64,000 nt of DNA, taken from an uncultured Armatimonadetes bacterium. GTDB lineage: Bacteria; Armatimonadota; Hebobacteria; Hebobacterales; Hebobacteraceae. The translations under genes were made by a program, and so were the position numbers. Of the stretch, positions 49,780-61,072 are shown piece after piece. The notes below the pieces were generated by a model that saw only the letters and a list, made by a program, of their open reading frames with translations, ran no database searches and was not told where the DNA came from. The DNA lies in NCBI GenBank assembly GCA_963716175.1, contig OY970296.1:2272001-2336000 (forward strand). Direction: 5' to 3'. Position 1 is the stretch's first letter. Every line of letters begins with the position of its first letter.

Positions 49780-50645
49780 AGCGGCCGGCCGGCCAACTCC
49801 CGGGCGCGCCGGATGTTGCGAGCGTCGTCCTCCGGCCTGTCCAGTGGCGTCTCCAGGATGGCGCAGCGATCCTGAAGCGCCCGCCGGCGGAGAAAAGCGC
49901 GGAATCCCCGGTCGCCGATGGTGCCCCTGCCGATGTGCTGGTGGCGGTCCAGTTGGCTGCCTGCGGCGCCTCGGGAGTCGTTGAGGTGAATCAGCCGGAG
50001 CCGATCCAGACCCAGGATGGCGTCGAACTCCCGCAGAGTCCGGCCCACCCAGCGCGCGCTGTCGAGGCGATGCCCGGCGGCGTGTGCGTGGCAAGTGTCG
50101 AAGCAGATGCCCAGCCGCGGCTCGCCGTCGAGCCTTTCCAGCAGCCGGGCGAAGTGGCGCCAATCGGTACCCAGCCGATGCCGCCCGGCTGCATTCTCTA
50201 ACCAGAGGTCAACGCCCGGCGGCGCCTCCGCCAGGAGACCGCGTATGCTCGCGGCCAGAGTGGCGATGGCCCCTTCGGCTTCCTCACCCACGAAGTACCC
50301 GGTGTGCATGTTGACCGCGCGGCTGCCCAGGGCTGCCGCCCGCTCCATGTCGTCCGCGACCACGCGGCGCGACCGGGCCAGCAGCTCCGGATTCGGGGAG
50401 GCGAGATTCACGAGGTAGCAGGAATGCACCACCAGAGGCCCGATGTGATACTGGGCCAGAAGCTGCTCGAACTGCGCGGTCTCACGCTCCGCGTAGACGC
50501 GGCCCCGCCAGCCGCGGGCATTGCGGACGAAGATCTGGAGGCACTCACAGCCGATGGCATGGGCGTGCCGCGCGGTCTGCACCAAGCCTTTGCCCACAGA
50601 AACGTGGAACCCGATACGCACTGGTGTCGCCCCCCAGCCGGTCAT
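49776..50645 (-). CDS. nfo: Endonuclease IV
   Basis: IGFHVS, QIF, HSCYLVNLAS, LENAAG, CFDTCH, HLNDS, DRHQHIG, ILETP. Confidence 0.93.
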   Translation of the reverse strand: MTGWGATPVRIGFHVSVGKGLVQTARHAHAIGCECLQIFVRNARGWRGRVYAERETAQFEQLLAQYHIGPLVVHSCYLVNLASPNPELLARSRRVVADDMERAAALGSRAVNMHTGYFVGEEAEGAIATLAASIRGLLAEAPPGVDLWLENAAGRHRLGTDWRHFARLLERLDGEPRLGICFDTCHAHAAGHRLDSARWVGRTLREFDAILGLDRLRLIHLNDSRGAAGSQLDRHQHIGRGTIGDRGFRAFLRRRALQDRCAILETPLDRPEDDARNIRRARELAGRPL

Positions 50646-50710
50646 CCCCCCAAGCTGTCATCCCGGGCGAAGCGATGAATCCTGGTCACTGGAACGACCG
50701 TTTGCCGCCG

Positions 50711-51772
50711 TCATTCGTCGCGCCGCGCCTGCCCTGCCCGTTCCACCCACTCCATGATCTCGCGCGGCTGGGGGCTGTGCACACCGACGAACCGGGAAAC
50801 GACTCCGCCGGCCGCGTTGGCCAGGGCGGCCGCCTCCAGGCAGTCTGCGCCTGCGCCCAGCGCCAGCGCGGAGGCGGCGCTGGCGGCATCACCGCAGCCC
50901 GTGCTGTCGCCCACCGCGCCCGGCTCCGTGGTAGCGGCGACGTGGTGCACCGCCCCATCAGGGCAGAAGACCGCGATGCCCCGCTCCCCGCGGGTGATGA
51001 ACACGATATCCGCCTCCAGACGCTCCCGAAGCAGCCGGCCCGCGCGCAGCACCGTAGAGGGCAACGGCCCTACCTCCACCGGCCCTGTGGCCTCCGCCCC
51101 GGGCCCGTCGTTGGGTCCGGCTGCAGCGAGGGCCTCCGACTCGTTCGGGCTCACCAGACAGGCGCCGCGGAAGAGATCAATGTTGACCGGCTTGGGGTCA
51201 GCGCAGAATGGGATCTTCGCCGCTCGCGCCTGCGCGATCAACTCCGGCGGCAGCGCCGTCTGCGAGAGCACGCCCTTGGCGTAGTCCGCCACCAACACCA
51301 CCTCGGCCCGATCCAGCCCCGCGCGGATGCTATCGCACAGCCGATCGGCGACGGAGGGCGGAACCGGATCGGTCGCCTCGGTGTCAATGCGTAGCAACTG
51401 CTGCCGGCCAGCGATAATCCGCATCTTGTGGGTGGTGGGGCGACTGGAGTCGGTAAGAATGGAGGAGACATCGGCGCCTCGGCCCACCAGGTCGGCCACC
51501 AGCCGCCTCCCCAGACCATCGTCGCCCACCACTCCGATCACCTGCACCGCCGCTCCGAGACCGAGCAGAATGGCGGCGACGTTTCCGGCCCCGCCCGGCT
51601 TCTCGGCCCGCGCTTCCCCCGTGAGCGGCATCTTGACCACGGGAATGGGGGCCTCGGGCGAGATGCGGGTGACGCTTCCGAACACCCATTCATCCATCAT
51701 CAAGTCGCCCACCAGCAACACCCGGCGGCCCGTGAAGCTCCGCAGCAGTTGCCCGGCGCGGTCAGCCCTCAT
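50711..51772 (-). CDS. hldE: D-glycero-D-manno-heptose 7-phosphate kinase (HldE/RfaE domain I, PfkB family)
   Basis: VGDLMMDE, RISPEAPIPV, GGAGNVA, QQLLRID, DYAKG, DPK, DSTGCGD. Confidence 0.85.
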   Translation of the reverse strand: MRADRAGQLLRSFTGRRVLLVGDLMMDEWVFGSVTRISPEAPIPVVKMPLTGEARAEKPGGAGNVAAILLGLGAAVQVIGVVGDDGLGRRLVADLVGRGADVSSILTDSSRPTTHKMRIIAGRQQLLRIDTEATDPVPPSVADRLCDSIRAGLDRAEVVLVADYAKGVLSQTALPPELIAQARAAKIPFCADPKPVNIDLFRGACLVSPNESEALAAAGPNDGPGAEATGPVEVGPLPSTVLRAGRLLRERLEADIVFITRGERGIAVFCPDGAVHHVAATTEPGAVGDSTGCGDAASAASALALGAGADCLEAAALANAAGGVVSRFVGVHSPQPREIMEWVERAGQARRDE

Positions 51773-52470
51773 AGCGGCCTTCTCTCCCCATCCAGCGAGA
51801 TGAACTTCACGCCAAGCTGTGGGCACAGGTCCCGCAGGAGGCACACAGTGCAACGAGGCCAGCGGGCGATGCACACCTCCCGCCCGTGCCGAATCAGGCC
51901 CAGGTGAAGATCGAGCATCTGGTCTGGTTCCAGCATCTCCGCGTAGACATCGTGAGCCCGATCCATGGTGGTGTTGGCAGGGATGAGCCCGAGCCGCTTC
52001 GACACTCGCAGCACGTGCGTGTCCACGGGGAAGACGGGTCGGTGCAGAGAGAACAACAGCACTACCGCGGCCGTCTTTCGGCCCACCCCGGGCAGACCGA
52101 GCAGATAATCGTGCACCTCGGGAGTGGGAAGTCGCCGCAGAAACCCTAGATCGAGACGGCCCCGATCCTGCTCGATGCGGCGCAGGATCTGCTTGATACG
52201 GCGGGACTTGATCTCGGCCAGACCGCCGGAACGAATGGCGGCAGCGATCTCCTGCGGCCGCGCTGCCAGCACCTCCTCCCAACTGGGAAACCGCGCCTGC
52301 AACTGCGCAAAGGCGCGGCCGGAGTTGGCGTCGGTGGTGTTCTGCGATAGCACGGTCAGCATCAGGCTGTCGAGTGGAGCCAGCGCGCGGGCATGGGTCG
52401 GCCGCTTCCTAGTGCGCCCCAGCCGCTTCAGGATGAGTGGAATGCGCGCCTTCGGCGGTCTCGCCGACAA
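51769..52470 (-). CDS. nth: Endonuclease III-like HhH-GPD glycosylase
   Basis: LSQNTTD, LPGVGRKTA, PVDTHV, C..PRC..C..C Fe-S motif. Confidence 0.88.
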   Translation of the reverse strand: MSARPPKARIPLILKRLGRTRKRPTHARALAPLDSLMLTVLSQNTTDANSGRAFAQLQARFPSWEEVLAARPQEIAAAIRSGGLAEIKSRRIKQILRRIEQDRGRLDLGFLRRLPTPEVHDYLLGLPGVGRKTAAVVLLFSLHRPVFPVDTHVLRVSKRLGLIPANTTMDRAHDVYAEMLEPDQMLDLHLGLIRHGREVCIARWPRCTVCLLRDLCPQLGVKFISLDGERRPL

Positions 52471-52471
52471 G

Positions 52472-53743
52472 CTAGAGGATGATGTCCTGGTCACGCTCGC
52501 GGCCCACGAGGATGTAGCAGACCGGCACGCCGACCAGCTCCTCCACCCGCCTCACGTAGCGCTGCGCGTTGGCGGGGAGGTCGGAGAACCGCCGCGCCTC
52601 ACTGATGTCCCTCTGCCAGCCAGGCAGAGTCTCGTACACGGGCTGACAGCGCGCCAGGCGATCGGTGTCGTTCGGGAATTCGGGCACGGGCTGGCCGTCG
52701 CAGCTGTAGCTGACGCACACCGGAATCTCGCTGAACTGCCCCAGCACGTCGAGGTGGGTCATGGCCAGCGCGTCCAGGCCGTTGAGGCGAGCCGCCTTGC
52801 GCAGCACCACGCAGTCCAGCCAACCGATGTCGCGCTTCCGTCCGGTAGTGGTGCCATACTCGCCGCCCAGATCCCGCATCGCCTGGGCAACCGAGTCTTC
52901 CTGCTTGGTCGGCAGGGGCCCGGCGCCCACACGAGTAGTGTAGGCCTTGCTCACCCCCACGATCCGGTCCAGCCACTTGGGTCCGATGCCGGCGCCCGCG
53001 CACACCGCGCCGGAAAGCGGATTCGAGCTAGTGACATAGGGGTAGGTGCCCCAGTCAATATCGAGCATGGTGCCATGCGCGCCCTCGAAGAGCACGCTCT
53101 GGCCCCGGGCCAGCGCCTCGTTCACCAAGGCCGAGGTGTCGCAGATCGCCTCCCGATAGTGGTCGTGCATCACTCGCAGGTCATTGTAGATCCGGTCCGC
53201 ATCAACCGGAGGCGAACCATACACCCGCTGCAGGATCAGGTTCTTGTACTCCACGATCGCGCCGAGCTTCTCGGCCAGCCCGTCGGGGTCGCAGAGATCG
53301 CCCACCCGCAGGCCGCGGCGCGCCACCTTGTCCTCATAAGCGGGCCCGATTCCCCGCCCGGTGGTGCCGATGGCGCGCGCCCCACGGCGCCTCTCCTCTG
53401 CCTGCTCCAGCAGCTTGTGATAGGGAAGAATCAGGTGGGCGTTCTCGCTGATGCGGAGCTTCCCTTGCACCGGCACACCCCGCGAGGCCAGCTCCTCCTC
53501 CTCCTCCGACAGCACGGTCAGGTCAATCACCATGCCCGCGCTCAGCACCGACAGCTTGCCCCGGAGGATGCCCGTAGGGATGAGGTGGAAAGCGAACCGC
53601 TGATCGCCCACCCAAACCGTGTGGCCGGCGTTGTTCCCGCCCTGATAGCGGACTACCACATCGGCTTCCGCAGCCAGCAGGTCAACCACGCGGCCTTTGC
53701 CCTCGTCTCCCCACTGGCTGCCAACGACGACAGTTGCTGGCAC
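52472..53743 (-). CDS. purA: Adenylosuccinate synthase
   Basis: QWGDEGKG, GGNNAGHT, GTTGRGIGPAY, GTYPYVTSS, GTTTGRKR. Confidence 0.97.
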   Translation of the reverse strand: MPATVVVGSQWGDEGKGRVVDLLAAEADVVVRYQGGNNAGHTVWVGDQRFAFHLIPTGILRGKLSVLSAGMVIDLTVLSEEEEELASRGVPVQGKLRISENAHLILPYHKLLEQAEERRRGARAIGTTGRGIGPAYEDKVARRGLRVGDLCDPDGLAEKLGAIVEYKNLILQRVYGSPPVDADRIYNDLRVMHDHYREAICDTSALVNEALARGQSVLFEGAHGTMLDIDWGTYPYVTSSNPLSGAVCAGAGIGPKWLDRIVGVSKAYTTRVGAGPLPTKQEDSVAQAMRDLGGEYGTTTGRKRDIGWLDCVVLRKAARLNGLDALAMTHLDVLGQFSEIPVCVSYSCDGQPVPEFPNDTDRLARCQPVYETLPGWQRDISEARRFSDLPANAQRYVRRVEELVGVPVCYILVGRERDQDIIL

Positions 53744-53952
53744 GCTGCTCCTCCCCCTGCTGGACGTCTCAGCCGCCCGATGATGGCCAGGCCTGAGTCG
53801 CAGACCAGCGCCTAGCCGGGGGAAACAAGAAGGCCCAAATGGGGGGTCCATTTGAGCCAGCCGGTACTGCCCAGATACTCGCCTTCCGGGTGTTCCTCGC
53901 ACCACTATAGCCGAACCGGCCGGCCTTGTCAATGCGCGGGAGGGTGGCTCGC

Positions 53953-54327
53953 TTACTCTCCTTGGTCGGTGAGCTCAGGCCGCCTTCTCTGCTCCCCTGG
54001 GTCTTCCTCAGGTGTGGCCGCTTTCTCCAGCCCGCCCAGGTCGAAAGCCCCGCTCATCACTTTCGCTCGCTGTCCCTCCACCCAGATCGCCGCGGCCAGC
54101 GCCTCCGCGCTGCTCGGCGGCAGTACGAAGAACACCAGATCGCTCTCCCGCGCGTCGTCGTCCACCAGGAAGAAGCGCACGCCGACAAACACCGGCCCCC
54201 CGGCGCTCACCGAGAGCGTCGCCTTCGCCATGTTCACGGCTCCGGTCTGCTTGCCGCCCGGCTCTGTCAGCACTCGCACCACGCGGAACCTGTGCTCGCC
54301 GACCTCTCTGCTCTTCCCGTCGCTCAT
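53953..54327 (-). CDS. Hypothetical protein
   Basis: 124-aa ORF with plausible SD and acidic tail. Confidence 0.55.
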   Translation of the reverse strand: MSDGKSREVGEHRFRVVRVLTEPGGKQTGAVNMAKATLSVSAGGPVFVGVRFFLVDDDARESDLVFFVLPPSSAEALAAAIWVEGQRAKVMSGAFDLGGLEKAATPEEDPGEQRRRPELTDQGE

Positions 54328-54517
54328 CTTCTCACCCTCGTTTCACCTTAGTTTGCGCTCGGCGACATTCCTCCTGCCGCATCGCGGCCACCGCTGGCAG
54401 CCGTCCGGCCCGCGGTGCGCTGTCTTCGCGCCGCAACTGAACACAGGGAAGGCCCAGTGCCTTGTTCGCCGCCCAGGCGCTGGCTAGAATCGCCTGGGGT
54501 AGAAGGAGGTGACGTTG

Positions 54518-55048
54518 ATGGAACTGGACAGCAAGCGCATCGCGGTCCTGGCCGAGGACCTGTATGAGGACCTGGAGCTCTGGTATCCAGTGATCCGCAT
54601 GCGGGAGGCCGGCGCTAGGGTGACCCTGGTCGGAACAGGAACCTCGAGCACCTATCGGGGCAAGCACGGCCTGCCGGTGACAGTGGACACATCCGCGGAC
54701 AAGGTGTCGGCCGCGGATTTCGACGCGCTGATCGTGCCCGGAGGCTACGGGCCGGACCGCCTGAGGCGTCACCAGTCGGTGCTCAGGCTGGTGCGTGAGG
54801 TGTTCGAGCAGGGCAAGCCGGTTGCGGCCATCTGCCACGCGGGCTGGGTGCTGATCTCGGCCGGCATCCTCAAAGGCAAGCGGGTGACCTCCTTCTCCTC
54901 GATCAAAGACGACATGGTCAACGCAGGTGGCAAGTGGGAGGACCGGGAGGTGGTGGTAGATGGCAATCTGATCACCTCGCGACAGCCAGACGATCTGCCC
55001 GCCTTCTGCCGGGCGATCATCGAGGCGCTGCGGAAAGAGAGGAAGTGA
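54518..55048 (+). CDS. PfpI/DJ-1 family protein
   Basis: YEDLEL, VPGG, AICHAG, VVVDGNLITSR. Confidence 0.92.
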   Translation: MELDSKRIAVLAEDLYEDLELWYPVIRMREAGARVTLVGTGTSSTYRGKHGLPVTVDTSADKVSAADFDALIVPGGYGPDRLRRHQSVLRLVREVFEQGKPVAAICHAGWVLISAGILKGKRVTSFSSIKDDMVNAGGKWEDREVVVDGNLITSRQPDDLPAFCRAIIEALRKERK

Positions 55049-55611
55049 TGGGCAAGAGCAAGGCTCCGTTCAAGATCCTGGGCATCGCGGGCAGCGTGCG
55101 GCGGGCCTCCTATAACCGCGGCCTGCTGCGGGAGGCGGTGAAGCTGGCCCCGGAGGGAGTGGAGATCGAGACCTTCGAGATCGGCGAGTTCCCCCCGTTC
55201 AACCAGGACTTGGAGGCGAAGCCGCCAGAGGTGGTAGCACGCCTGAAAGCGGCCATCCGCGCCGCCGACGCGCTGTTGATCTGCACCCCGGAGTACAACT
55301 ACTCCGTGCCCGGCCTGCTGAAGAACGCGATTGACTGGGCTTCTCGCCCTTACGGCGACAGCGCGCTCACCCACAAGGCGGTGGGCCTGATGGGCGCCAC
55401 CATCGGCATCTCCGGGACCGCGCGGGCGCAAGCCGCGCTGCGCCAATCTTGCGTGTTCAACGACGCCTACTGCATGGCCCAGCCGGAAGTGCTGGTCACC
55501 AACTGCACCGACAAGTTCGACGAGAACGGCAACCTCACCGACGAAGACACCCGGGAGCACGTGCGCAACGGGCTGGTGGCGCTGGTGGCATGGGCGAAGC
55601 AGGTCCTGTAG
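55048..55611 (+). CDS. NADPH-dependent FMN reductase
   Basis: GSVRRASYN, TPEYNYSVPGLLKNAIDWASRP. Confidence 0.92.
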   Translation: MGKSKAPFKILGIAGSVRRASYNRGLLREAVKLAPEGVEIETFEIGEFPPFNQDLEAKPPEVVARLKAAIRAADALLICTPEYNYSVPGLLKNAIDWASRPYGDSALTHKAVGLMGATIGISGTARAQAALRQSCVFNDAYCMAQPEVLVTNCTDKFDENGNLTDEDTREHVRNGLVALVAWAKQVL

Positions 55612-55660
55612 GGCGGGCATGTCGGAGTTTACCCTGAGCGGAGTCGAAGGGCATGCCCGC
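55608..55660 (+). repeat. GTAG-type REP with nested CCCTGAGCGGAGTCGAAGGG unit
   Basis: GTAGGGCGGGCAT..CCCTGAGCGGAGTCGAAGGG..ATGCCCGC; supplies the TAG stop. Confidence 0.65.
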
Positions 55661-55714
55661 CGGCCGTTTCCGCGCCTTGGGCAGGGGATTCCAGCGGGAT
55701 TCCAAGGCGGGGGC

Positions 55715-55790
55715 TGGTGGAGGCTAGCGGATTCGAACCGCTGATCTCCTGCGTGCAAGGCAGGCGCTCTCCCAGCTGAGCTAAGCCCCC
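55715..55790 (-). tRNA. tRNA-Ala (TGC)
   Basis: GGGGGCTTAGCTCAGCTGGGAGAGCGCCTGCCTTGCACGCAGG..GTTCGAATC..CTCCACCA. Confidence 0.95.
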
Positions 55791-55887
55791 AGGCCAGACG
55801 CTCTGTGCCGACGATATTCTAGCCGAAATCATGTCGGCCGGGAAGAGAAGCCGGCCAAGAGCGCCCAGCAGACTTCCGAATCGCCGA

Positions 55888-56120
55888 CTACTCCTCGAAG
55901 ACCGCCCGCGGAAGTCCGGATTGTCGGATGATGGCCAGCAGTGTCCCGGTCTTCAGTTCATCATGCAGCGATCATGCAGCGGAACCGGAACGGTTACCGT
56001 CGAGCCAGGGATGAGTTTCTGCATGACAGCATGACTTCCGCGCTGGCGCACGAGTCTGAACCCGCTGTCGGTAAGGATTCGGCACACCTCCTTCCCGGAC
56101 AAGACTCGAAGCCTACCCAA
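55888..56120 (-). pseudogene. hicA: HicA mRNase toxin frameshifted by an 11-bp tandem duplication
   Basis: MGRLRVLSGKEVCRIL..GF..VRQRGSH..VPVPLHD/ELKTGTLLAIIRQSGL; ATCATGCAGCG repeated at 55960 and 55971. Confidence 0.88.
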
Positions 56121-56337
56121 CAGCTATCTCCAGGCTGGTTATGTAGATCTCGCTCGGCAGGCGCCTGTGCACCTCATCGGGAGAAGCCGTCTCGAAGAAA
56201 AGCTCCAGCGCCTCCTGGAGATTTGCCTTTGCCTCTTCGATGCTTCCGCCCTGACTGGCGATATCGAGTTCCGGGCAGAGGGCGACATGGCCGCTGCCCT
56301 CTCGCTCGATGATCGCGGTGAGATGGTGTGTACTCAT
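56113..56337 (-). CDS. hicB: HicB family antitoxin
   Basis: AIIEREG..VALCPELDIASQGGSIEEAKANLQEALELF; TGGTATACT extended -10 at about 56369-56377. Confidence 0.9.
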   Translation of the reverse strand: MSTHHLTAIIEREGSGHVALCPELDIASQGGSIEEAKANLQEALELFFETASPDEVHRRLPSEIYITSLEIAVG

Positions 56338-56411
56338 GGGGATTATCCCGTACTGCAACTCCGCCGCTAGTATACCACGGATCGGGCGATGCGGTTCGCG
56401 GGCAGGAAACA

Positions 56412-56439
56412 CGCTGCTGCCCAAGTGAGCTAAGCCCCC
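56412..56439 (-). pseudogene. Degenerate 5' fragment of tRNA-Ala
   Basis: GGGGGCTTAGCTCA identical to the 5' end of the tRNA at 55790, followed by a decayed D-arm. Confidence 0.7.
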
Positions 56440-56498
56440 ATACCAGAGAGGGGAAAGGAGAGGCCACCTCCATTTTCTGCTCTCTACTCTCTGAGCAG

Positions 56499-56572
56499 TG
56501 GGCCTCGCTGGACTCGAACCAGCCGCCTCCGCCTTATCAGGGCGGCGCTCTAGCCAACTGAGCTAGAGGCCC
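56499..56572 (-). tRNA. tRNA-Ile (GAT), CCA not encoded
   Basis: GGGCCTC/GAGGCCC acceptor, CTGATAA anticodon loop, GTTCGAG T-loop. Confidence 0.95.
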
Positions 56573-56749
56573 ACGCGCGGCTCGCCCAAAAAGGATACGA
56601 GAGGGGTTGTGGGAACCCCTCTCGCGATCTGGTGAGCGCTCCTTGGGAAACTCAACAGTGCTCGGAGGTTGTATCGACCTAGAGTCGGGGTCGTCGTTGG
56701 ATGGCCCATCTGCAAGCAGCTGGATCCTTTGGCGACCCGTTGGGGGACT

Positions 56750-58288
<1,539 letters not shown>

Positions 58289-58516
58289 AAAGTCTGTCTC
58301 TACAGCGACCGCATGCGCTGAGCCAACTCCCGACAAGTCGAGATGCTCTGCGCCAACTACGGTCGCAGAATCAACGTAGCGCGCACAACCATCCGAGCAC
58401 TGTTCAGTTTTCAAGGAGCGCGGGAAGGAGCTTCAGAGACACCAAGGGCGCGAGAGGCTCGACCTTTGCCCCTCGACACTTACCCAACTTTGAAGGTTCC
58501 CCTGAATCCGTGCCTA

Positions 58517-58545
58517 ATTCTGCCACAATCCAGGGGCGCTGTCAA
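58517..58545 (-). promoter_or_regulatory. rRNA promoter
   Basis: TTGACA-17nt-CAGAAT; a second TATAAT at 58630-58635. Confidence 0.65.
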
Positions 58546-58664
58546 GCGTCCAGCCAGCCTTTTTCGGCTGCTTCCCGCCAGCCCTTGCACGGCTGGCACC
58601 ACTGCTCGTTTCCCGATCTTTCCACTGCTATTATACCCGGTCCGCCGCCCCTTCCATGAAACCC

Positions 58665-59921
58665 TCATCGCGCCACCAACCGCGCCACCCGCCGCTTCCC
58701 CACCCGGAGCAGCATCCCCGGCTTCAGCACGATCTCTTCCTGTGGATCCTCTATGCGCCGCTGGTCCAGGTAGACGCCTCCACCTTTGACCAGACGCGCT
58801 CCCTCGCTCCTTGTCCTCGCCAGACCCAGTGCGTGGAGAGCCGTGGAGACCCAGACCGGCTTGTCCCGCAGCTTGGCCGGGATGGAGATATCGTCGGCCA
58901 GCGCCGCGTAATCCTCTTCGGTGTGCTCACGCGCGGTGGAGAACACCCGCATGAAAGTATCGTCGGCGCGGTCCGCCGCCTCCACGCTGTGATAGAGCGA
59001 GACGATCTCCCGCGCCAGGCGCCGCTTGACATCCCTGGGGTTGGCGGCGCCGGAGCGCATGTCGTGTATCAGGTGCGCGATGTCCTCCTCCGGCACATCG
59101 GTGCAGAGCGCGAAGTAATCGCCCATCACCTGGTCCGGGATGGACATGATCTTGCCGAACATCTGGTCCGGGGGCTCGGAGACGCCGATGTAGTTGCCGA
59201 TGGACTTGCCCATCCTCCGCTCCCCATCCGTGCCCACCAGGATGGGGAAGGTGATGATGACCTGCGGCTCCTGCGATCCCCCGATAGGATTGGCGCGCTG
59301 CAGCTCCCGCCCCACCAGCAGGTTGAACTTCTGCTCGGTGCCGCCCAGTTCGGTGTCGGAGCGGACCGCGACCGAGTCATATCCCTGGAAGATCGGATAC
59401 AGCAACTCGTGGATGCTGATCGGCTGCTCTGCCTTGAACCGCTGGGCGAAATCCTCCCGCGCCAGCATCTGCGCCACCGTATGGGTGGAGGCCAGCCGCA
59501 GGATCTGCTCAGGCGTCAGCTTGCCGCACCATTCGCTGTTGTAGCGAAACTCGGTCTGCTCAGGAATCAGGATCTTGAACACCTGCTCCTGGTAGGTCTC
59601 GATGTTGCGGTCAATCTGCTCCCGGGTGAGCTGGGGCCGGCCTTCGGTGCGGCCCGAGGGGTCGCCGATCATGCCCGTGAAGTCGCCGACGATCAGCACC
59701 GCGGTATGACCCAGGTCCTGGAAAAGCCGGAGCTTTCGCAGCACCACGGCATGGCCGAGGTGGATGTCCGGCCCGGTCGGATCAACCCCCAGCTTCACCC
59801 GCAGCGGCCGGCCGGAGGCCAGCTTGGCGCGCAGCTCCTCCTCGGGGAGGAGGTCCACGGTGTGGGCGCGGATCAGGGCCAGCTGCTCATCCACCGAGCG
59901 CGCTAGTCTTTCAGGTACCAC
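58665..59921 (-). CDS. tyrS: Tyrosine--tRNA ligase
   Basis: KLGVDPT, HLGH, IGDPSG, QGYDS, GGTEQ, RMGKS (KMSKS-like), C-terminal S4 domain. Confidence 0.96.
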   Translation of the reverse strand: MVPERLARSVDEQLALIRAHTVDLLPEEELRAKLASGRPLRVKLGVDPTGPDIHLGHAVVLRKLRLFQDLGHTAVLIVGDFTGMIGDPSGRTEGRPQLTREQIDRNIETYQEQVFKILIPEQTEFRYNSEWCGKLTPEQILRLASTHTVAQMLAREDFAQRFKAEQPISIHELLYPIFQGYDSVAVRSDTELGGTEQKFNLLVGRELQRANPIGGSQEPQVIITFPILVGTDGERRMGKSIGNYIGVSEPPDQMFGKIMSIPDQVMGDYFALCTDVPEEDIAHLIHDMRSGAANPRDVKRRLAREIVSLYHSVEAADRADDTFMRVFSTAREHTEEDYAALADDISIPAKLRDKPVWVSTALHALGLARTRSEGARLVKGGGVYLDQRRIEDPQEEIVLKPGMLLRVGKRRVARLVAR

Positions 59922-60802
59922 GGCTTCCCCTTGGTCGCGGGCGCGGGCAAGACGCCCCCCAGGCGGCCCTGCCGATAGGACTGGACCATCTGTGGCACCG
60001 ACTGCCACTCCACGTGCCCATCGGCGAAGGCGATGTTGCTTCCGCCGTTATGGCGGGTGAAGCGCGCCCGCAGCACCGGGTTACTCGGGAAATCGCCGGC
60101 CGCTCCGCACTTGCGCGTCCACGAGCAATTCTGCCAGTCCGCCTTGTCCTTGAGGTCGGCGCAGTCGCCCCGGCAGGCATTGGCCCAGAGCAGCGATCCC
60201 AGGTTGATGCACATGCGGGAGGAATCGGCCCACAGCACGTGATACCTCGGATCCTTGATGGCCGCGAGGCTGGTGTCGGCGAGGGCGACAGCAACCGCGC
60301 CCACCGTGGCCCGAAACCGCCCTGGATCGGAGCAGGGGCCTTGCACGGAGCTATCGGTTATGGTGCCGCCCCACCCTGGCGGCCAGACCGAACCACAAGG
60401 CCCGTTGGGCCATCCCTTGGTGGTGACCAGCTTGGTGGTGATCCACCCGGGCCTGGTAGCCACCCCGTGCCCCATGGGCGGCGCCTCCACTCCCTCACAG
60501 AGGTAGACGGAGCGGTCGTGCAGATAGGGGTCGAGCAGCACCGGCCAGCGCAGCCACGGGTTGGAGTTGTCGGCTCCCCATTGGCAGGTGTAAGGGCTCT
60601 GCACCTTCTGATGGGGTGGAAAGCGGCCATCGTGTTCGGCCACGTACATCAGCGTCGCCTGCGCCAGCCGCGCCAGATTCCCAAAGCAGAGCTGCTGCGC
60701 CGGGAGCTTGGCGCTCCTGGCTATGCCCAGGCCCAACAGCGACGCCAGCGAGAGCCCCACCGCCAGCAGCGCTGCGCCCGACCATGCGTGGCGCCCGGCC
60801 AT
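59903..60802 (-). CDS. DUF1559/H-X9-DG domain protein
   Basis: CFGNLARLAQATLMY..HDGRFP, RHNGGSNIAFADGHV; SD AAGGAGG. Confidence 0.85.
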   Translation of the reverse strand: MAGRHAWSGAALLAVGLSLASLLGLGIARSAKLPAQQLCFGNLARLAQATLMYVAEHDGRFPPHQKVQSPYTCQWGADNSNPWLRWPVLLDPYLHDRSVYLCEGVEAPPMGHGVATRPGWITTKLVTTKGWPNGPCGSVWPPGWGGTITDSSVQGPCSDPGRFRATVGAVAVALADTSLAAIKDPRYHVLWADSSRMCINLGSLLWANACRGDCADLKDKADWQNCSWTRKCGAAGDFPSNPVLRARFTRHNGGSNIAFADGHVEWQSVPQMVQSYRQGRLGGVLPAPATKGKPWYLKD

Positions 60803-61072
60803 GATCTCCTCCTTCCGAGGCGGCCCCGCTCGCTTTCCCCCGCACGCGCCCCATCGCGGCCGCTGCCTGGGCCAGGAGGATACGGCGCCCGCGGCCGGAT
60901 CACCTGTTCCCGGTAGCCCTCCCGCTCGCCACATGGTCGCCGGCGGCGGCCTGTCCGAGTAAGCGCACACGATCCGGCCGGAGGTCGGTTTCAGCAGGAG
61001 GAGGCAAGCCGTCCTGGTGCAAGATTGGGTAGCACGGATGGCCGTGATCTTCGAGGGCAAGGAGCCAGGCCG

